DNA of 64,000 nucleotides from a virus (Duplodnaviria; Heunggongvirae; Uroviricota; Caudoviricetes): IMG/VR virus record IMGVR_UViG_3300011614_000002, positions 1 to 64,000 of that record; one strand, 5' to 3'. Shown piece by piece: positions 56,221 to 64,000 of this stretch (position 1 is its first letter; each line of letters starts with the position of its first letter). The notes under the pieces were generated by a model. It saw only the letters and a program-made list of their open reading frames with translations, ran no database searches and was not told where the DNA came from. The position numbers and the translations under genes were made by a program.

Positions 56221-56583
56221 ATGCCATTCGTAATCCGCGAGCACCCGCACCTGCTGGGCACCATCAACGGTGTCGCCTTCGAAACTCATCCGGCCGGATC
56301 CATTTCCGGCGAGGTGAGCGAAGACCAGATCGCTCTTTTCCTGGCCGTTCCTGGCTTCCGCCTTGCCCTGGAGCAAGAGATCCCCGGCTACCAACCGCCG
56401 CCTGGAACGACTCAGGCCGCACCGGCTGCAGCGCCCATGCCGAGCGAAGCCAAACCCCAGACCGGTAAGCGAGCAAGTCGCAAAGCGGCTGCAGCTGGCC
56501 AGCCCGTGGCAGTAACCGCCCCGCAACCACTGCCAGTTACCGACGCCGAATCCAACGGCGAAGAACCTGAAACCCTGTTCTAA
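56221..56583 (+). CDS. hypothetical head protein (120 aa)
   Basis: ORF. Confidence 0.45.
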   Translation: MPFVIREHPHLLGTINGVAFETHPAGSISGEVSEDQIALFLAVPGFRLALEQEIPGYQPPPGTTQAAPAAAPMPSEAKPQTGKRASRKAAAAGQPVAVTAPQPLPVTDAESNGEEPETLF

Positions 56584-56591
56584 GGACACCT

Positions 56592-56786
56592 ATGCACCTG
56601 CATCCCAGAACCCGTGAATTGCTCAATACCATCAGCCCCGGCGCCGCCGAAGCGCGCCTGGGCGACCTGGTAATTCGCCTGATCGAGCGTGTCGATGCGC
56701 TGGAGTCGGCCGCGGCTACCAATGCGGCGCCTTCGACCGATAGCACTGCCACGTCCACCGGCGGCGCCGACTCGACCACCGCCTGA
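56592..56786 (+). CDS. hypothetical small protein
   Basis: ORF. Confidence 0.35.
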   Translation: MHLHPRTRELLNTISPGAAEARLGDLVIRLIERVDALESAAATNAAPSTDSTATSTGGADSTTA

Positions 56787-56840
56787 TCCCCGCAGCACAA
56801 CAAGGCCGCTCCGCGCGGCCTTTTTTATGAGTGATCCGCT

Positions 56841-57932
56841 ATGACGACAATCCTGGCCGGGAGTCCGGCAAGTTTCAGCGTCACCGTGCAGCACAACGGC
56901 GCGCCCGTCGCCTTGAGCGGCGAGGTGACTGCCAGGGTATCCACCCTGGACGGCAAGACCCTGCTGCTCAGTGCCCAGGCGGCGAGTCCATCCGCAGCCG
57001 GCGCGGACTGGTCCACCGGGACCGTCGCGCTGACGTTCACCGCTGACCAGACCAAGGCCTTCCCGATCGGCGATGCGCTACTGGTGGTTACCGGCAGTTT
57101 CGGCGTCAAGCGCTTCCGTCTGGTCGTCGAGGCACTCTTTCCGCAGGCGGTTACCAGCTTGTTCATCAAGGACCTGGTCGTCGATGAGATCCGCAACGAC
57201 CGGCTGATGGCGGCGGCGGCGGGCGTGCTGCAGGACGTGCGCGTGTCGGACGACTACCTGTGGGACAAGGTGCGAGCGGCTGAATCGGAGATCGCGCACA
57301 CGCTGCGGGTACCGCTGGTTCCCACCCGTTTCTTCCCGGACAAGCCCACTCCTGAGCAGATCGCCGCGCTTGATGGCCTGGCCTGGGCGGTAGACGCGGC
57401 CTACGACTACGACCCGGGCATGTTCGTGGGCGAGACCTGGGGCTACATCGTCACCCGTCACCGGCCGCTGATCAGCATCGAGCGGATGGGGTTCGCTTAC
57501 CCGGCTTCCAACGACAGCTATGTCGCTATCCCGAACGACTGGATCCGCATCGATGCCCGGTACGGCCACGTGCGCCTGGTGCCGAGCAGTCCCGCGGTGT
57601 TCATGACCATGTCTGCCTTCGTCATGAACGTGATGGCCTCGGCCCGCTCGGTGCCCTTCATGATCCAGCTGGAGTACACCGCCGGCCTGCAGGACGCTGC
57701 GCGCGACTACCCCGAGCTGCTAGACGTCATCAAGAAACTGGCGGTGCTCAAGGTCGTGGGTGATGCGTTCCTGCCCAAGTCCGGGTCGATCTCGGCTGAC
57801 GGCCTATCCGAGTCGATGTCGGTGGAGATGAGCGACTACCAGGAGATGATCGAGCACACGATCAATGGTCCGGCCGATTCCAACGGCGGGCTCATGACCA
57901 AGATCCACGGCGTTCGCGCCTTGGCGATGTAA
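56841..57932 (+). CDS. structural protein with N-terminal Ig-like segment (363 aa)
   Basis: ORF. Confidence 0.5.
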   Translation: MTTILAGSPASFSVTVQHNGAPVALSGEVTARVSTLDGKTLLLSAQAASPSAAGADWSTGTVALTFTADQTKAFPIGDALLVVTGSFGVKRFRLVVEALFPQAVTSLFIKDLVVDEIRNDRLMAAAAGVLQDVRVSDDYLWDKVRAAESEIAHTLRVPLVPTRFFPDKPTPEQIAALDGLAWAVDAAYDYDPGMFVGETWGYIVTRHRPLISIERMGFAYPASNDSYVAIPNDWIRIDARYGHVRLVPSSPAVFMTMSAFVMNVMASARSVPFMIQLEYTAGLQDAARDYPELLDVIKKLAVLKVVGDAFLPKSGSISADGLSESMSVEMSDYQEMIEHTINGPADSNGGLMTKIHGVRALAM

Positions 57933-57945
57933 GGGGAGGGGGCTG

Positions 57946-58593
57946 ATGCGCTTTCATCAAACCCGGTTCGACCGGATGCTGTCGAACATGGGGCAGCAGA
58001 TGCTGTACTGGCGCGCCTGGGGGTGTTCCTGCGTGAACGCCGCCTCCGGCGCGCCCGACCCGAAATGCCAGCTCTGCCTGGGCAAGGGCCACTTCTACGA
58101 CTCGCCGGTACCCACCCGGGCAGCGCAGGCCAGCCAGAAGATCCAGGGCAACTGGGCCAAGGGCGGACGATTCGAGACAGGAGACCTGGTGCTGAGCGTG
58201 CCCAGTACCTCGGCGATCTGGGCCGCAGGCCAATTCGACCGGGTGACCATGCTCGATGCAGATGAGCGCTTTTCCATGCCGATGACCCGGGGTGCGCCAA
58301 CCGAGCGCCTGCCGTTCAAGGTCAAGGACATCACGCGCGTGTTCTGGAAGCATCCACAGACAGGGGTGCTGGTAGAAGGCGGCCTTCCTACCTTCGACCC
58401 CAAGACAGGTAGGCCGGCCTGGACTGACCGGGAGCCGCCGGCGGGTGTGACGTATTCCTTGACCGGCAACCGCTTCGTCGAATACTTCATCTACCAGGAC
58501 CTGCCCACCAGCCGGGCTTTCCATGACGGCACCCAGCTGCCGAAGCATGTGGTGCTGCGCAAGTACGACCTGTTGGGCCGACGCGTCAACTGA
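57946..58593 (+). CDS. hypothetical structural protein (215 aa)
   Basis: ORF. Confidence 0.5.
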   Translation: MRFHQTRFDRMLSNMGQQMLYWRAWGCSCVNAASGAPDPKCQLCLGKGHFYDSPVPTRAAQASQKIQGNWAKGGRFETGDLVLSVPSTSAIWAAGQFDRVTMLDADERFSMPMTRGAPTERLPFKVKDITRVFWKHPQTGVLVEGGLPTFDPKTGRPAWTDREPPAGVTYSLTGNRFVEYFIYQDLPTSRAFHDGTQLPKHVVLRKYDLLGRRVN

Positions 58594-59434
58594 GCGTGCG
58601 CTTGATCGCCTCGGCGAAGACCGCGTGGGCCTTGGGTTGCATGGCCTGCGCGGTCTTCTGCGCCAGCTTCTGCCCAGGCTGGGCAGGGATGACCCAGCCG
58701 CTGCTGCCTTCCATCATGATCCGGAACGTCAGGTAACTGGAGCTCTTACCGCCCCCTGGCGTGCTGGTGTCGAAACGGTGCAAGCCCTGCGCCCATCGCT
58801 GCGCCCCAGGTATCACCCCCGCCCGCATGTTGACGCCGCGCCTGAGCGATTCCCCCCAGGCGTAATGGTTGCGGGTCACCGTCTGCGCCTGCTTGGTCTT
58901 GGCATTCGACAAGAACGGCGTCTGGCGCGCCGCCGGCGTCATTCCGGTCTTGGGCGACAGGTCGGTGACCTCGCCGCTGGCGCGCTGGCTCTGGCTGGTG
59001 ATGGTGGACGCATCCAGGGACTTGGCCATGTCATAGAGCCCGGCGGCCATGAGCTTCTGCATGCTGTGGCGGAAGGGGATCACCAAGAATCGCCGGCCGT
59101 CCTTGGTTCGCCGCACCTTGAAGCTGGTGTCCAGCATCCGCTTCAAGTCCCGCGGTGGCCGGCCGTTTTCGATGTCTTGGTCATAGCGGTAACCGCTGGA
59201 AACTACCGCGCTGAAATCGCCGGTCATTCGCCAATCGATCGTCTTGGCATAGGCGTCTTTCTCGCCCATCCAGAGCTTGGCGCCATAGACATTGGCCTGC
59301 CAGTTCGCCGCGGTCTTCTGAGCTACCGCGCGCACGGCCTGGTGGAGCAGGGGAAAGACCTGCCGGTTGACGATGTTCTGCAGGTCCAGGGTGGCGCCCA
59401 GATCCAGGCTGATGTTGATGTTCAGTTCATTCAT
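58586..59434 (-). CDS. hypothetical protein on the opposite strand inside the structural module (282 aa)
   Basis: Mixed-composition minus-strand ORF. The plus-strand alternative is an Arg/Ala-rich shadow. The start was chosen at the ATG at 59434. Confidence 0.5.
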   Translation of the reverse strand: MNELNINISLDLGATLDLQNIVNRQVFPLLHQAVRAVAQKTAANWQANVYGAKLWMGEKDAYAKTIDWRMTGDFSAVVSSGYRYDQDIENGRPPRDLKRMLDTSFKVRRTKDGRRFLVIPFRHSMQKLMAAGLYDMAKSLDASTITSQSQRASGEVTDLSPKTGMTPAARQTPFLSNAKTKQAQTVTRNHYAWGESLRRGVNMRAGVIPGAQRWAQGLHRFDTSTPGGGKSSSYLTFRIMMEGSSGWVIPAQPGQKLAQKTAQAMQPKAHAVFAEAIKRTLS

Positions 59435-59490
59435 GCCCCTTAGCTTGGCGTCACGCCCTTGCGCAGGCGTCGTGACGCCAAGCTGTGCGC

Positions 59491-60318
59491 ATGATTTCAA
59501 CTATCCGACCACTTCCAGCAGGGAACGCCCTGCGCCTATTCCTTGAGCCCCCGGCCGGCGCGACGCGCTGGCGCGTGCTGCGCAAAGGGACGGACAGCTT
59601 CGACGGCGTCGACGATGCCTATGCGGCGGTCGTGCACGTGGGCGACGGCCGTACCTTCGTGGATGCCGAAGGCCTGCAGAACGAGGTGGTGGCTTTCTAC
59701 CGCCCCTATTACCTGATCGCAGGCAGCTGGGTAGAAGGGCAGGGCAACCACGGTACGCCGGCGGCGACCTATGTCGACCACAGCACCGACACGGTGGCTT
59801 TCCTGCGCGAGCGCCTTGAGCGGGGGCTGATGGTTGAGTGCGAGCGCGGCACCTTCAGCACGGAAATGGGCTACATCCAGGTCTTCACCGCTCCGCCCAG
59901 CCTGGAGCAGAACATCCAGTTCCCGCTGGTTACCGTCCAGCTCGACAGCGAGTTGCCGGCCGATCGGGCGATCGGAGAGGACATCTTCGGCGAGGAAGAC
60001 TGGACCGACGAATCCGCCCAGGACAGCGAAGGCTGGCTTGCCGCGGTGCAGGTCAGCGTCGTGGGCTGGAGCCTGAATTCCGATGAGCGCATCGAGCTAC
60101 GCAAGGCACTGCGCCGCCTGGTGCTGACCAACCTGCCCGTATTCGACGGCTACGGCTTCCAGCAGGTTTCCCTGCAGCAATCCGACGTCGACGCCGTGAA
60201 CGATGAGTACGGCGCCCCCGTTTACCAGACCGTTGGCACCTTCGCCTGCATCGCGCCCGTTCGCGTCGCCAGCCCGGTCGGCCTGATTTCCGAAGTAGTG
60301 AGCACCCTGAATGACTGA
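59491..60318 (+). CDS. hypothetical structural protein
   Basis: ORF with first ATG at 59491. Confidence 0.5.
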   Translation: MISTIRPLPAGNALRLFLEPPAGATRWRVLRKGTDSFDGVDDAYAAVVHVGDGRTFVDAEGLQNEVVAFYRPYYLIAGSWVEGQGNHGTPAATYVDHSTDTVAFLRERLERGLMVECERGTFSTEMGYIQVFTAPPSLEQNIQFPLVTVQLDSELPADRAIGEDIFGEEDWTDESAQDSEGWLAAVQVSVVGWSLNSDERIELRKALRRLVLTNLPVFDGYGFQQVSLQQSDVDAVNDEYGAPVYQTVGTFACIAPVRVASPVGLISEVVSTLND

Positions 60319-60628
60319 CGAAACCACCCAGGACAACGCGGCGGTGGCCCAGGCGGATTCATCCGCCTGGGCCGGCGCTACGACCGCGTCCGCAACCCCC
60401 ACGATCGAGGAAACCGCCGTGGCCAATACCCCCGATACGACTGCATCCGAGAGCGTCACGCAACTCACGCTCCAGGAATACATGGTGAAGCTGAGCCAAC
60501 GCGATGCGCGCGTTGAGCTGATCCATGCGTTTGCCCATTCCGAGCTGCAGGCTGGCCGCGTCAAGGACGTCGAATCCAATTTCGAATCGCGCCTTGTGGC
60601 CTTCTCCCAACAGGCCATCGAGGAGTAA
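60311..60628 (+). CDS. hypothetical protein (105 aa)
   Basis: ORF. Confidence 0.45.
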   Translation: MTDETTQDNAAVAQADSSAWAGATTASATPTIEETAVANTPDTTASESVTQLTLQEYMVKLSQRDARVELIHAFAHSELQAGRVKDVESNFESRLVAFSQQAIEE

Positions 60629-60631
60629 CCG

Positions 60632-62353
60632 ATGCCCTACTATTTCAACGGCAAGAGCTGGGTGACCCCGGCCACCATGTCGGCCATCGACGATTCGGCT
60701 ATGGTCAGCACCAACCTGGGCGTTGGCAACTACGCTGCGTTCCTGGGTACCGCCACCGGCGGCAAGCCCAACACCAAGCTGGCCTTCGGCAGCGCGGCTG
60801 AAGCCATCGCTACCCTGCGCAGCGGCCCGCTGCTCGAAGCCATCAAGAAGGCCTTCGCCCCCAGCACCGAGACTGGCGGCCCGTCGACTGTATACGCTGT
60901 TCGCGTGAACCCTGCCGTGCAGTCGACCCTGAGCCTGGCGGACGTGAACGGCAACGCCGTGATTTCGCTCGCCTCGTCCGATTTCGGCCTGTGGACCAAG
61001 CAGGTCAAGGTGAAGATCGTGGCCGGCAGCAACCGCGGCGCGGCGATCACCACCCAGTACCAGGACAACTACTACACCCAGGACGACGTCGCGCGCTCCG
61101 CGTTCACCGTCCAGTACACCGGATCCCTGGCCTCGGCTGCGATGAGCGTCAATGGCACCGCTGTGACCCTGCAGGCGCCGAGCGGCACCACCGTGGCAAC
61201 TATCGACCTGGCCAGCGCCACCACCTACAGCCAGTTGGTCGATTACATCAACTCGGTCGCCGGCTGGAACGCGGTGCTGTCCGACAGCGCCTTCGAAGAT
61301 GCGGGCACCGTCAATGGCCTGGACTACGGCACCTTCACCGACGTGAAGACCAGCGCAGTCACCGTGACAGCGAACCTGCAGGCGATCATCGACTGGTTCA
61401 ACGGCAGCACCGAGGGCTATGTCACCGCGACCCGCCCTGCCACTGCTGGCGCCGTGCCCGCAGCCACCGGCGGCTTCGTGTTCCTGGCTGGCGGATCCGA
61501 CGGCGTGACCACCACCACCGAATGGTCGAATGCCTTCACCACGCTGCAGAGCATCGATGCCTACTGGATCTCGCCGGTGAGCTCGAACCCGGCTATCTGG
61601 GCCATGGCCGACGCGCATGTCCAGTACATGAGCAAGTACGGCCGCATGGAGCGCCGCGCGATCTGCGGTACCCCGGCTGGCACCACCGACGCCCAGGCGA
61701 TCGCCTACGCCAAGGCGCTGAACTCCGACCGTACCTCGCTGGTGCACATCGGTTACTACGACTACAACGCGGCCGGCAATCTGCAGCTGTTCGGCCCGAT
61801 GTACATGGCCGCCTTGCTGACCGGGATGTTCTCCGGCGTCAACCCGGGTACCGCGCTGAGCAACAAGACCATCAGCGTTTCCGGCCTGGAACGTGAGCTG
61901 CGCAACCCGACCGACACCGATCCGCTGATCACCGGCGGCGTGCTGTGCATCGAAAGCACGAACACCGGCTACAAGGTCGTCCAGTCGATCTCCACCTGGC
62001 TCAAGGACAGCAAGTTCAACCGTCGCGAGCAGTCCTGCGGCTGGGCGGCCGACTACACCGCTCGCAGCCTGCGCGAGGCGCTGGATGTGCTGCGTGGCCA
62101 GAAGAACAACGTGGTGGCCCTGGGGCGCGCCAAGTCCATCGCTGCCGGCGTACTCAACAACCTGGCTGTGGCTGAACCTTCCGGCCCTGGCGTGCTGGCA
62201 GGCGATGACAAGAACCCTGCGTGGAAAAACCTGGTGATCTCGGCCACTGGCGACGTCCTGCAGGTCGGTGTCCAGGCCAGCCCGGTCATCCCGATCAACT
62301 ACATCCCGGTATCGATCTCGCTGCAGGTCTTCACCGGCACCGCCTCTGCGTAA
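60632..62353 (+). CDS. tail sheath protein (putative)
   Basis: 573 aa, immediately followed by a 140-aa tube-sized gene. Confidence 0.55.
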   Translation: MPYYFNGKSWVTPATMSAIDDSAMVSTNLGVGNYAAFLGTATGGKPNTKLAFGSAAEAIATLRSGPLLEAIKKAFAPSTETGGPSTVYAVRVNPAVQSTLSLADVNGNAVISLASSDFGLWTKQVKVKIVAGSNRGAAITTQYQDNYYTQDDVARSAFTVQYTGSLASAAMSVNGTAVTLQAPSGTTVATIDLASATTYSQLVDYINSVAGWNAVLSDSAFEDAGTVNGLDYGTFTDVKTSAVTVTANLQAIIDWFNGSTEGYVTATRPATAGAVPAATGGFVFLAGGSDGVTTTTEWSNAFTTLQSIDAYWISPVSSNPAIWAMADAHVQYMSKYGRMERRAICGTPAGTTDAQAIAYAKALNSDRTSLVHIGYYDYNAAGNLQLFGPMYMAALLTGMFSGVNPGTALSNKTISVSGLERELRNPTDTDPLITGGVLCIESTNTGYKVVQSISTWLKDSKFNRREQSCGWAADYTARSLREALDVLRGQKNNVVALGRAKSIAAGVLNNLAVAEPSGPGVLAGDDKNPAWKNLVISATGDVLQVGVQASPVIPINYIPVSISLQVFTGTASA

Positions 62354-62363
62354 GGAGTAGAGC

Positions 62364-62786
62364 ATGAAGCAGAACCGCAAGGTCCGCAGTGGCAACCGGA
62401 TCGTCATCACCTACGACGGCTTCCAAGTCGGGTTCGTCCAGTCTGTCCGCATGAACGATGACTACTCGCCGGAGCCGGCGAGCGGCATCGGTGACATCCA
62501 CGTGCAGGAATACGTGCCGACCCTGGCCCGCCACCAGCTGACCGTCAGCCGGATGGTGCTGGAGGCGGACAAGATGCGCGAGCGTGGCATCTTCCCCGAG
62601 AACGGCGACGCCGCCCTGGAAGGCCTGGTCTTCGACATCGAGACCTACGCCAAGGATGACGGCACCCTGCTGCGCAAGTACATCGGCTGTTCCTATGCCA
62701 GTGGCGACTTGGAAATCTCCAAGCACGCCATCGTGATCGGCTCTGGCACCTTCATGGCGCTGGATACTTCCGGCACCGGCGCCTAA
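62364..62786 (+). CDS. tail tube protein (putative)
   Basis: 140 aa, following the sheath gene. Confidence 0.5.
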   Translation: MKQNRKVRSGNRIVITYDGFQVGFVQSVRMNDDYSPEPASGIGDIHVQEYVPTLARHQLTVSRMVLEADKMRERGIFPENGDAALEGLVFDIETYAKDDGTLLRKYIGCSYASGDLEISKHAIVIGSGTFMALDTSGTGA

Positions 62787-62804
62787 GCCGCAGCACCCTT
62801 CGAA

Positions 62805-62838
62805 AAGCCCGCCCTGTGCGGGCTTTTTGGTCGTGAGC
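62805..62838 (+). terminator. Rho-independent terminator after the tube gene
   Basis: AGCCCGC-CCTGT-GCGGGCT followed by TTTTT. Confidence 0.65.
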
Positions 62839-62881
62839 CGACAATGGTCCGGTCATTTTTCAGCGACCGAAGGACCCCCTC

Positions 62882-63241
62882 ATGAGCCGCGAACCCCAGG
62901 ATTCCGACTTCCACGTAGACGTCGATGGCGTCGGCCACTTTGTCTTCGCCCACCGCACCGTGCGCGATGAAATCCGCATCTCCGCCGAATTTTCCCGCCT
63001 GACCGAGGGCTGCGAGACCCCAACCAGCTACCTGGAGAACATGGCCGGCTGGATCTCGGTATTGAAGGTGCTGACCGTCGAAGCACCACACGGTTGGGAG
63101 CCCGAACGGATGGACCCCTTGGACGAAGACACCCACCCGAAGATCGTCAAGGTCTTTCGAGCGCTTCGCGCTAAGGAGGTGGAGTTTCGCAAGGCAAAGA
63201 ACCCGGCAGGCCAAGCGGAACGCACGGGAGCTGGCCAATAA
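62882..63241 (+). CDS. tail assembly chaperone-like protein (putative)
   Basis: Position between the tube and tape-measure genes. Confidence 0.4.
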   Translation: MSREPQDSDFHVDVDGVGHFVFAHRTVRDEIRISAEFSRLTEGCETPTSYLENMAGWISVLKVLTVEAPHGWEPERMDPLDEDTHPKIVKVFRALRAKEVEFRKAKNPAGQAERTGAGQ

Positions 63242-63302
63242 GCTGAGCTTCTGGTTCCGACGCAAGTACAGCCTGGCTCCCACTGATCCGCGCTTCCTGG
63301 CG

Positions 63303-63518
63303 ATGACCATGCAGGCGATCGAAACCGAGTATTGGGCGCACCACTACGTCGAGAACCCCGCCCAGGAGCACGTCGAGGACGACGACTGGGATGAAGAGGC
63401 ACTGATGGCTGAGATCGCCGCCCGGGCCGAGGCCAATGCGGCCAGCCCGGCGAGCGTAGCGACCCCAGGTGCCCCAGAACAATTCGAAGACCCAGGCGAC
63501 TGGGAGGCAATCGAGTAA
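63303..63518 (+). CDS. acidic small protein, second chaperone-like ORF
   Basis: ORF. Confidence 0.35.
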   Translation: MTMQAIETEYWAHHYVENPAQEHVEDDDWDEEALMAEIAARAEANAASPASVATPGAPEQFEDPGDWEAIE

Positions 63519-63521
63519 CCC

Positions 63522-64000
63522 ATGGCGATCAACATCCCCGTCAACGCCCAGCTGAACCAGCAGGACATCACCGGCCAGGTAAAGCAGATCCAGGCCGCCT
63601 TCAATGACCTGGGCAAGACCGCCCAAGCGGCCGGCCGGATCAAATTCGCGCCTATCTCCAAGATGACCGTCGACGACGCCAAGCGCATGCGCCAGGAGTT
63701 CGAGACGATGGTCAAGCTGTCCCCGGGCCTGCGCAACACCCTGAAGCAGGCGGGGCAGGGCGGCCTGCCGTTCGACCAGGTGGATTGGGACAAGGTTTGG
63801 ACCAACCCGGCCCAGCGCGGCGCGCACGCCCAAACCATGGTCTCCTACCTGAGTCCGGACCAGATCAAGGCCAAATTCGGCCGCGGTCCGCGTGCGGGCG
63901 TTGATGAGGATGAGCCCCAAGCTCCCCGCCGGGGCCGCTCGATGCAGCGCGCTGCCATGGGTGCGATCGCTGGCGCCGCGGGCGGGGTGGCCAGTCAGGT
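63522..64000 (+). CDS. tape measure protein, N-terminal part (runs off the window)
   Basis: Open frame from the ATG at 63522 to the window end. Ala/Gly-rich. Confidence 0.45.
   Translation, partial: MAINIPVNAQLNQQDITGQVKQIQAAFNDLGKTAQAAGRIKFAPISKMTVDDAKRMRQEFETMVKLSPGLRNTLKQAGQGGLPFDQVDWDKVWTNPAQRGAHAQTMVSYLSPDQIKAKFGRGPRAGVDEDEPQAPRRGRSMQRAAMGAIAGAAGGVASQ

Noticed and set aside
58523-59443. 306-aa plus-strand ORF.
   Set aside because: Arg/Ala/Gly-rich shadow of the better minus-strand ORF 58586..59434.
1-64000. Integrase/recombinase and att sites.
   Set aside because: No Tyr- or Ser-recombinase motifs were recognised in any frame of this window. They may lie outside it.

Overview
This 64-kb window is high-GC (roughly 63-66%), densely coding DNA with the mosaic organisation of a temperate tailed phage that carries plasmid-like replication functions, i.e. 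a likely phage-plasmid. No integrase is visible. There is a Rep_3-type initiator with a 23-bp iteron array and a P4-type primase-helicase.

Left arm (1-9.3 kb): a 5'-truncated Toprim/P-loop primase-helicase, then a minus-strand operon of small proteins ending at a LexA-like winged-helix protein. This is followed by an 800-bp non-coding control region containing a conserved 18-mer operator (TTATCAAATATGATCAAT) and about 14 direct GGTAACC repeats.

Middle (9.3-40 kb), plus-strand accessory/early genes include:
- Cys-rich Zn proteins, an AntA-domain antirepressor, and a chain of translationally coupled small membrane proteins and lipoproteins.
- A lambda-type Ser/Thr phosphatase with a SLOG-like partner, a ParB-like nuclease-fold protein, and an SPFH/band-7 protein.
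- A low-GC moron island carrying a YfbU-family gene and a HigB/HigA toxin-antitoxin pair.
- An HTH-metallophosphoesterase and a C5-cytosine methyltransferase.
- A second low-GC island with two unknown minus-strand genes, one of them 2TM.
- A 1478-aa multidomain protein (tandem N-terminal repeats, kinase-like core, C-terminal ADP-ribosyltransferase-like domain), followed by an overlapping small ORF and a Nudix hydrolase.
- A gamma-class N6-adenine methyltransferase.

Right arm (40-64 kb): a GpA-family large terminase with an extra N-terminal P-loop domain. Between terminase and portal sits a minus-strand Rep_3 initiator, iterons and a dUTPase operon. Downstream come portal, SGNH hydrolase, MuF-like protein, scaffold, capsid, sheath, tube, chaperone-like ORFs and the start of a tape-measure-like gene.

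Two genome-wide sequence signals stand out. One is a tripartite intergenic cassette (AAGTCTGAGGGC, TTCGGGCGCAAATAGGGCGC, AAGTCGTGAC) in front of most transcription units. The other is a dispersed inverted repeat GGTAACTG-N15-17-CAGTTACCG.

All calls rest on motif-level reading of the six-frame translations; no database searches were run. Coordinates of short motifs may be off by 1-2 nt.
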